Source: a virus
Virus record (IMG/VR): IMGVR_UViG_3300020442_002322
Coordinates: 1 to 64,000 of that record
Reading direction: 5' to 3' (one strand)
Length of the DNA: 64,000 nucleotides
Shown: positions 59,201 to 64,000 of the stretch, piece by piece
Numbering within the stretch: the first letter of the stretch is position 1
How the letters are laid out: the number at the start of each line of letters is the position of its first letter
The notes under the pieces: model-generated
Seen by the model: the letters and a program-made list of their open reading frames with translations, nothing else
Databases searched by the model: none
Told to the model about the DNA's origin: nothing
Position numbers and translations under genes: made by a program

Positions 59201-59308
59201 CATTGTTTTTTCAAGACCTGCACGTATGTTTGCTCCAATATCAGGAAGCTGATTTGTTAAACTTTCAAACTTTTTTGTAACATTACCTAATAAGGCAGTA
59301 AAGCTCAT
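56282..59308 (-). CDS. Putative baseplate hub/tail protein (gp27/gpD-like)
   Basis: Position between the LysM wedge and gp5; FTVSEPYSM..F; K.YNYIYTGKNKDILDF; MTIMGDPFY; YSGIY.V.KV.H...NQFTQTL. Confidence 0.5.
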   Translation of the reverse strand: MSFTALLGNVTKKFESLTNQLPDIGANIRAGLEKTMNDFKAEANINIPNIPGLNLPGENFASMSPEMLKSNLPAKPSPISFTTKAGTLVPGVSAPPWPNELEPFASFNCIITLACLSPKEINDPNNTFRKTGLKTVVLRSGGGANRKTKTRIEQALGANVEFFIEDFEFSSTMAPNARGRTSNAAKFDFTVSEPYSMGLFFQALKVAALENGYADYTLAPFCFQLDFKGYNVDGEEQEVPYARRMLPVKLTTGQMATNEGGTTYTMTAIAYNDSALTDSVTQIKTDLALKGRTVREILQTGGESLTELMNKRLQELAGKDQIVTPDQYVIVFPSDTSSQDSGLDAFGGSGEDVGSATVGYDGPDYDPSGPIYSGTGMEALYQSIVGSQDAEVPSTFGEYYANLANNADNAKKIEFMFKKYAGSDYSANKIGTGKIIGDPVEAGIQPMNPPAFRKGQSLDSFVSEQENAETNAKQEFKDKYEIFNRTDSALQVSDDVRVFKFKGGTKISEIVEEVVITSEYGRNLLNQLQDLKDPQGMIDWFRIEPDLYIIPDDEELKRSGNYPQLYVYRVVPYKVHHSVFANPKDPSVGVSELKRDVAKQYNYIYTGKNKDILDFEIRYDYAFVHPVVADRGSNNANTAQGASNQMTAGAPDVQLTTSSGGSGSSSTADSEDGSKSKEVVGTSSGGQSAGLDNSAISVARQFNDRLMHSDTAGLIRVDMTIMGDPFYISDSGIGNYHAKDTSYTNMNKDGHLNHTNGQVHINLMFRSPVDLNPLDGSYIFPEDLIVVDQYSGIYYVPKVVHRISGNQFTQTLSMVRLNNQYQNDGKANIGALVPVTDPTKALNDKVTEFGNKVSEAAATAGIEANYESYLNAVKDILPGYNSLNSVIQAQKKNLDSRALEAFGRISDALTGAQAALDAGNLVKVGMDFQSMIGASATIQDITSTIDGKLTGTLNQLGLDGQDILGYLGNQTGNIQDQLSRVPVDIPNAIEQAATDSAAAIRALNERLK

Positions 59309-59311
59309 TTG

Positions 59312-59617
59312 TTATACTCCTAATATTTCTTTAAGAGCAGGTCCTTTAGGAAGAAAAATTTTTGTTCCTGCTTCTATATCAAAAACAGGATCTTTAATAG
59401 TGTCCATATTTCTTTGTGCAAAAACCCACCATAGTTTTGAATTGCCGTATAAGTCATATGCTAATAAATCTGGACGATGTGTATACTGAGGTTCAATTTC
59501 ATAAAGGACATCGTCTGCTTCGGCAGGCACTGGTCTAATTGAAAGTATTGACAAATACTGTCCGTTTTGATAACCAGTATTTTTCCAAGGACTTGTATTA
59601 CCGTATGTAGCTGGCAT
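59312..59617 (-). CDS. Baseplate wedge protein gp53-like (LysM/tail X)
   Basis: YEI...Y.HRPDLLAYDLYGNSKLWWVFA.RN...DP.FD..AGT.I.LP. Confidence 0.75.
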   Translation of the reverse strand: MPATYGNTSPWKNTGYQNGQYLSILSIRPVPAEADDVLYEIEPQYTHRPDLLAYDLYGNSKLWWVFAQRNMDTIKDPVFDIEAGTKIFLPKGPALKEILGV

Positions 59618-60444
59618 TATAAAAATCCTCTCTTACTAATCAGTTTACCATTTACAAAATCATTCATATTAAACTGTTCAACATGTGTTCTGCTGTATAC
59701 AGGTTGTACAGTTACAGCAATTAAACTTTGCGCTGGTACCCATGTTCCAGCTTTTGCTTCATTACTAGGTTCAGCACCTTGTATATTGGTTTTAAAATAA
59801 TCAACGTCTTGAGGCATATCAATATTGAAACTTGTTATAACACAAGGTACATTTTTAAATACGTATTCTCCGTAACCATTTAGTTTTACTATTACTGGCG
59901 GATTTCCTGAATTTACTCCGTTGTCTCCATAAAACATTTTTGTTGCTGTACGTAAAAATGTTACAGCGGCGACCCAATATTCTGCATCTTCATTAGTTTC
60001 TGTAAAAAAGTCTCCTGAAATGGTAATAGCGTCCACAGTGCTGTTTCCATAATTGTAAAAAGGATAATTACTATGTACTGGTTGCATTGCTGAATAGCTT
60101 GCGCTGTGTGAAAAGATCACACTTGGTGTAAATGGGAATATCATACGATCACCTGTAACACCCAAAGGTTTTAACAAAGGCGATTCTAATTCTTTAATAA
60201 TAGGGGGAACACTTAAAGAAACACGCCAATCATTGTTGTTTTTACCATCTGCAATGATTGCCTCAGTATTAGTTTTGAACTGAGGAACACCATCAGAAGG
60301 CAAATTTTTGCTTCTGACGCCTTTCATGAATCCTTTGGAAGTACCATTACTAAACGGCACTAGAGACTTGGTTTTCTCTCTAATTTCGTTTTGTATGGTT
60401 CCACGTATATCACGTGCTACGTTACCGATCAAGTCTTTAAACAT
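59617..60444 (-). CDS. Putative tail tube initiator/baseplate protein (gp48/gp54-like)
   Basis: FPFTP...A.Y....HSNY......I.ISG.F...LR..TKM..G....G.PP.I..L.GYG...F..VP.VIT.F. Confidence 0.55.
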   Translation of the reverse strand: MFKDLIGNVARDIRGTIQNEIREKTKSLVPFSNGTSKGFMKGVRSKNLPSDGVPQFKTNTEAIIADGKNNNDWRVSLSVPPIIKELESPLLKPLGVTGDRMIFPFTPSVIFSHSASYSAMQPVHSNYPFYNYGNSTVDAITISGDFFTETNEDAEYWVAAVTFLRTATKMFYGDNGVNSGNPPVIVKLNGYGEYVFKNVPCVITSFNIDMPQDVDYFKTNIQGAEPSNEAKAGTWVPAQSLIAVTVQPVYSRTHVEQFNMNDFVNGKLISKRGFL

Positions 60445-60463
60445 AAGATATCTCCTACTACAT

Positions 60464-60499
60464 TATTTAGTTGACTTTATTAACTGCGTAGTTTATAAT
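60464..60499. promoter_or_regulatory. Divergent control region: late motif TAAATA (- strand, 60464-60469) back-to-back with sigma70 promoter TTGACT-N17-TATAAT (+ strand, 60471-60499)
   Basis: cattatttagTTGACTttattaactgcgtagttTATAAT read directly. Confidence 0.7.
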
Positions 60500-60520
60500 G
60501 TACTTATAAAAATTGGAGAA

Positions 60521-61354
60521 ATGATGAGAAAAACAAATTACCTTAACAACAAAGACATACTTAAAGAGATACACAAGTCCAAAAGTAAGTTCTGTAGTTT
60601 TACAGATACGGACTATAATCAATATGATATAATCTTACCAAGCATTGAAAAAATTAACATTAGAACTATAGCAGAAGCAAAACGTAACAAGGCAAAAAGA
60701 CTAGGACAACAAGATTTTGAAGCACGTAAAGCAAACGGCGAAAAAATAAAACAAGCAGAATGCGAAGTAGACTACAGAAAAATTACAAAAGAAGAATTAA
60801 TTTTTAGAGTAATGACATTTGATCATATTCCAGATGATCCTACACGCAAGAAAAATCCTAAAACTGTAGCAGACACAAAAGTAAAACTTAACTTTCCTCC
60901 ATTTGTACATTATAAATTTAACGATGCAGGTGAACTTATTGTTGTTGGTAAAAGTCATTGGATTGGTGGTATGGAAAACGGTTACTTCTCAAAAGATCAC
61001 GGGCAAGCAACAAATAAACTTGCAATGATGTGGATGAAATTGTGTGATCGCTATGCAACACGAGGCAATGTGCGTGGGTACACATACAATGACGAAATGC
61101 GTGGACAAGCAATACTGCAACTTGCACAAATTGGTCTACAATTTGACGAATCTAAGTCAAATAATCCGTTTGCATACTATACTGCGGCTGTAACCAACAG
61201 TTTCGTACGTGTAATCAACATTGAAAAGAAAAATCAGAACATTAGAGACGATATTCTAGAAATGAATAATATGAATCCTAGCTATACTAGACAACATCAA
61301 GGCGAATGGGAAGCTTCTAAGAAAAGACAAGAAGAATTAGGACAAAACACTTGA
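60521..61354 (+). CDS. gp55: Late-transcription sigma factor, T4 gp55-like
   Basis: NYLNNKDILKEI; N.RGYTYNDEM..QA........FDE.KS.NPFAYYT....NSF.R.I..EKK.Q; upstream of gp47/gp46 as in T4-like phages. Start ATG 60521 after GGAG. Confidence 0.75.
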   Translation: MMRKTNYLNNKDILKEIHKSKSKFCSFTDTDYNQYDIILPSIEKINIRTIAEAKRNKAKRLGQQDFEARKANGEKIKQAECEVDYRKITKEELIFRVMTFDHIPDDPTRKKNPKTVADTKVKLNFPPFVHYKFNDAGELIVVGKSHWIGGMENGYFSKDHGQATNKLAMMWMKLCDRYATRGNVRGYTYNDEMRGQAILQLAQIGLQFDESKSNNPFAYYTAAVTNSFVRVINIEKKNQNIRDDILEMNNMNPSYTRQHQGEWEASKKRQEELGQNT

Positions 61355-61379
61355 CATTGTTGAACTTTTAGTATAATAT
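61351..61379 (+). promoter_or_regulatory. Sigma70-type promoter for gp47/gp46
   Basis: TTGACA at 61351, then TATAAT (15-nt spacer) or TAATAT (17-nt spacer). Confidence 0.5.
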
Positions 61380-61406
61380 AGTAAAAAATTATGAGAGGAT
61401 TCAACT

Positions 61407-62417
61407 TTGTTTAAGAAAGCGGCTGTCTTTACGGATATTCATTTCGGCCTTAAAGGCAACTCTAAAGTTCACAACGACGACTGTGAGCATTTTATTGATT
61501 GGTACATTGAGCAAGCCCAAGCAAACGGGTGTGAGACTGGCATCTTTTGTGGTGATTGGCATCACAATCGTAACAGTTTAAATCTTACAACAATGGATGC
61601 TACTATTCGTAGTTTAGAAAAACTAGGAAAAGCATTTGATAAATTTTATTTCTTTGATGGTAATCATGATTTGTACTATAAAGATAGGCGTGATGTAAAT
61701 TCTACGAGATTTGCTCCGTTTATTCCTGGTATTACATTTGTAGATGAAATTACTACTATTGAAGACGTTACACTTGTACCTTGGCTAGTAGGCGACGAGT
61801 GGAAAAAAATTGAAAAAATTAAATCCAAATATATGTTTGGACATTTTGAATTGCCAAACTTTTACATGAATGCTATGGTACAGATGCCTGATCATGGAGA
61901 ACTAAAAGGCGATCATTTTAAAAATCAAGAATACGTGTTCTCAGGACACTTTCATAAAAGACAAGTTCAGGGTAACATTCATTATATCGGTAACGCATTT
62001 CCTCACAACTATGCAGATGCATGGGACGACAAACGAGGTATGATGATACTTGACAGAGAAAACGATAAAGAACCAGAATTTTTAGACTGGCCGGATTGTC
62101 CTAAATACAGAACTACGACATTAAGCAAACTGCTTGATCCTAACAGTGAAGTTGTTAAACCTAATATGTATCTACGTGTTACACTAGATCTGCCAATTAG
62201 TTATGAAGAAGCGCAGTTTATTAAAGAAACATATATTAACAACCACCAATGTAGAGAGATTACACTTATTCCTCAGAAACAAGTTGAGGAAATTAGTACA
62301 GAACTTGATATAAGCAAATTTGAATCAGTTGATGAGATAGTATCAAAAGAGATTGCCGCTATTGACAGTGACAATTTTAATAAGAAAACACTGCTAGACA
62401 TATACAGCGAGCTATAA
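61407..62417 (+). CDS. gp47: Recombination endonuclease subunit (T4 gp47 / Mre11-SbcD metallophosphoesterase)
   Basis: TDIHFG, GDWHH, GNHD, GHFE, SGHFH motifs; TTG start after GAGG. Confidence 0.9.
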   Translation: MFKKAAVFTDIHFGLKGNSKVHNDDCEHFIDWYIEQAQANGCETGIFCGDWHHNRNSLNLTTMDATIRSLEKLGKAFDKFYFFDGNHDLYYKDRRDVNSTRFAPFIPGITFVDEITTIEDVTLVPWLVGDEWKKIEKIKSKYMFGHFELPNFYMNAMVQMPDHGELKGDHFKNQEYVFSGHFHKRQVQGNIHYIGNAFPHNYADAWDDKRGMMILDRENDKEPEFLDWPDCPKYRTTTLSKLLDPNSEVVKPNMYLRVTLDLPISYEEAQFIKETYINNHQCREITLIPQKQVEEISTELDISKFESVDEIVSKEIAAIDSDNFNKKTLLDIYSEL

Positions 62418-64000
62418 TGATAAAAGTAAAAGATTTAACAGTAAAAAACTTTATGAGTGTGGGTAACCAAACCCAAGCGGTTGACTTCAATAAGGAGCAA
62501 CTCACACTCGTGCTTGGTGAAAACTTAGATCAGGGAGGTGACGACCAAGGCTCAAGAAACGGTACAGGTAAGACAACCATTATCAATGCGTTATCATATG
62601 CCCTGTACGGCCAAGCACTGACCAACATCAAACGGAACAATCTTATCAACAAGACAAATTCCAAAGGTATGTTGGTCACCTTACACTTTGAGAAGGACGG
62701 TGTTGACTATAGGATTGAGCGAGGACGCTCTCCTAACGTGTTAAAGTTCTATATCAATGACCAAGAGCAGGAAATGCTCGATGAATCGCAAGGTGATAGT
62801 CGCAAAACGCAAGAGCAAATCAATACGTTGTTGGGTATGAGCCACGATATGTTCAAACATATTGTTGCACTAAACACATACACTGAACCGTTTCTTAGTT
62901 TGAAACAGAACGATCAACGTGCAATTATTGAACAGCTCTTGGGTATTACAATACTTTCAGAGAAAGCAGAAAATTTAAAAGAACATGTACGTCAAACAAA
63001 AGAAAAGATTACATCAGAAACACTAAAGATTGAAGCAATACAAACTGCAAACAGTAAAATTGAAACTACTATAGATAGTTTAAAAAACAATCAACGTGCT
63101 TGGAATAGCAAACAGTCACAGGACATAGAAAGATTAACAAAAAGTATTGAAGAGTTAGAAAAACTTGATATCGATCAAGAGCTTGAAGCACATGAAAAAT
63201 TACAAAACTGGAGTGAACAGAGTAATGCAATAACGGCTCTTAATAAAGAAAAAAGCACACTAGAGAGTGCATTACTACGTGCTACTAAGTCTGTAGAAAA
63301 AGCAGAAAAAGACATCGCAAATCTTGAAGATGCTGTGTGTTATACTTGTGGACAAGCATTGCATGACGACAAAAAAGCAGAAATTGAATCAAGAAAAACA
63401 AAAGAGTTGAACGATGCAATGGCATATCAAACTGAGGTTGCTGATAAACTTGAAGATATCTTAAAAGGACTAGATGAAATTGGTGATATCAACGGACGTC
63501 CTACTACATTTTATGAAACAATGCGTGAAGCATACGATCATAGAACTAATGTAGACGGATTGCGTAACACTCTTACTTCAAGACAACAAGAAACTGATCC
63601 TTACCAAGCACAAATTGACGAACTTTCAACTACAGCAATGCAAGAAATTGATTGGACGCCTGTAAACGAACTTACAAGTTTACAAGAACATCAAAATTTC
63701 TTGTACAAATTGCTAACAAACAAAGATAGTTTTATACGTAAGAAAATTATTGATCAAAATTTAGCATATTTGAATAATAGACTTACATATTATCTTGACA
63801 AACTAGGATTACCACATCAAGTAGAGTTTCAAAATGATCTTACTGTAATGATTACACAACTTGGACAGGATTTAGACTTTGATAACTTGAGTAGAGGTGA
63901 AAGAAATAGACTTATTCTTGGTATGAGCTTTGCATTCCGTGATGTTTGGGAAAGTTTATATCAAAATGTTAACCTATTGTTTATTGATGAGCTTATTGAC
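62417..64000 (+). CDS. gp46: Recombination ATPase subunit (T4 gp46 / Rad50-SbcC), 3'-truncated; absent from the ORF track
   Basis: MIKVKDLTVKNFMSVGN...NGTGKTT (Walker A), CYTC zinc hook, LSRGE signature, and LLFIDELID (Walker B) in frame at the window end. Confidence 0.9.
   Translation, partial: MIKVKDLTVKNFMSVGNQTQAVDFNKEQLTLVLGENLDQGGDDQGSRNGTGKTTIINALSYALYGQALTNIKRNNLINKTNSKGMLVTLHFEKDGVDYRIERGRSPNVLKFYINDQEQEMLDESQGDSRKTQEQINTLLGMSHDMFKHIVALNTYTEPFLSLKQNDQRAIIEQLLGITILSEKAENLKEHVRQTKEKITSETLKIEAIQTANSKIETTIDSLKNNQRAWNSKQSQDIERLTKSIEELEKLDIDQELEAHEKLQNWSEQSNAITALNKEKSTLESALLRATKSVEKAEKDIANLEDAVCYTCGQALHDDKKAEIESRKTKELNDAMAYQTEVADKLEDILKGLDEIGDINGRPTTFYETMREAYDHRTNVDGLRNTLTSRQQETDPYQAQIDELSTTAMQEIDWTPVNELTSLQEHQNFLYKLLTNKDSFIRKKIIDQNLAYLNNRLTYYLDKLGLPHQVEFQNDLTVMITQLGQDLDFDNLSRGERNRLILGMSFAFRDVWESLYQNVNLLFIDELID

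Noticed and set aside
60308-60520. N-terminal 71-aa extension of the sigma factor ORF
   Set aside because: It overlaps the divergent gene and the promoter. ATG 60521 has a GGAG SD.
1-64000. Stop-codon reassignment, as in some jumbo phages
   Set aside because: Coding density is near complete under the standard code, and TAA, TGA (e.g. 2602) and TAG (18995, 52201) all end genes at sensible boundaries.

Overview
AT-rich, gene-dense 64 kb segment of a large T4-related (jumbo-type) myophage genome read in the standard genetic code. No tRNA, rRNA, CRISPR array, integrase or transposase was recognised. Right end (+ strand, 60.5-64 kb): gp55-like late sigma factor, gp47 (Mre11/SbcD-like) and a truncated gp46 (Rad50/SbcC-like). 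Middle (- strand, 25.8-60.4 kb): tail/baseplate module with a probable tube initiator, gp53-like LysM protein, probable hub, gp5-like spike with a GH19-type lysozyme, a TIGR02594-like amidase, PAAR, gp25, gp6-like wedge, a 4938-aa giant structural protein and several paralogous fibre proteins. Left (1-25.7 kb, mostly - strand, directly downstream of the tail genes): a ~25 kb tailoring-enzyme cluster with 9 radical SAM enzymes (one cobalamin-binding type, four with an N-terminal Twitch/SPASM-like domain), 7 Fe(II)/2OG-type oxygenases, 3 nitroreductase-fold proteins, a PLP enzyme, a minimal SDR, a QueC-like ATPase, two glycosyltransferases, and a 1008-aa GT-GT-helical repeat-methyltransferase fusion. 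This cluster is the best candidate for an undescribed system, most plausibly synthesis of a heavily tailored glycan or other modification for the virion. All functional calls come from motif recognition by eye. No database searches were run.
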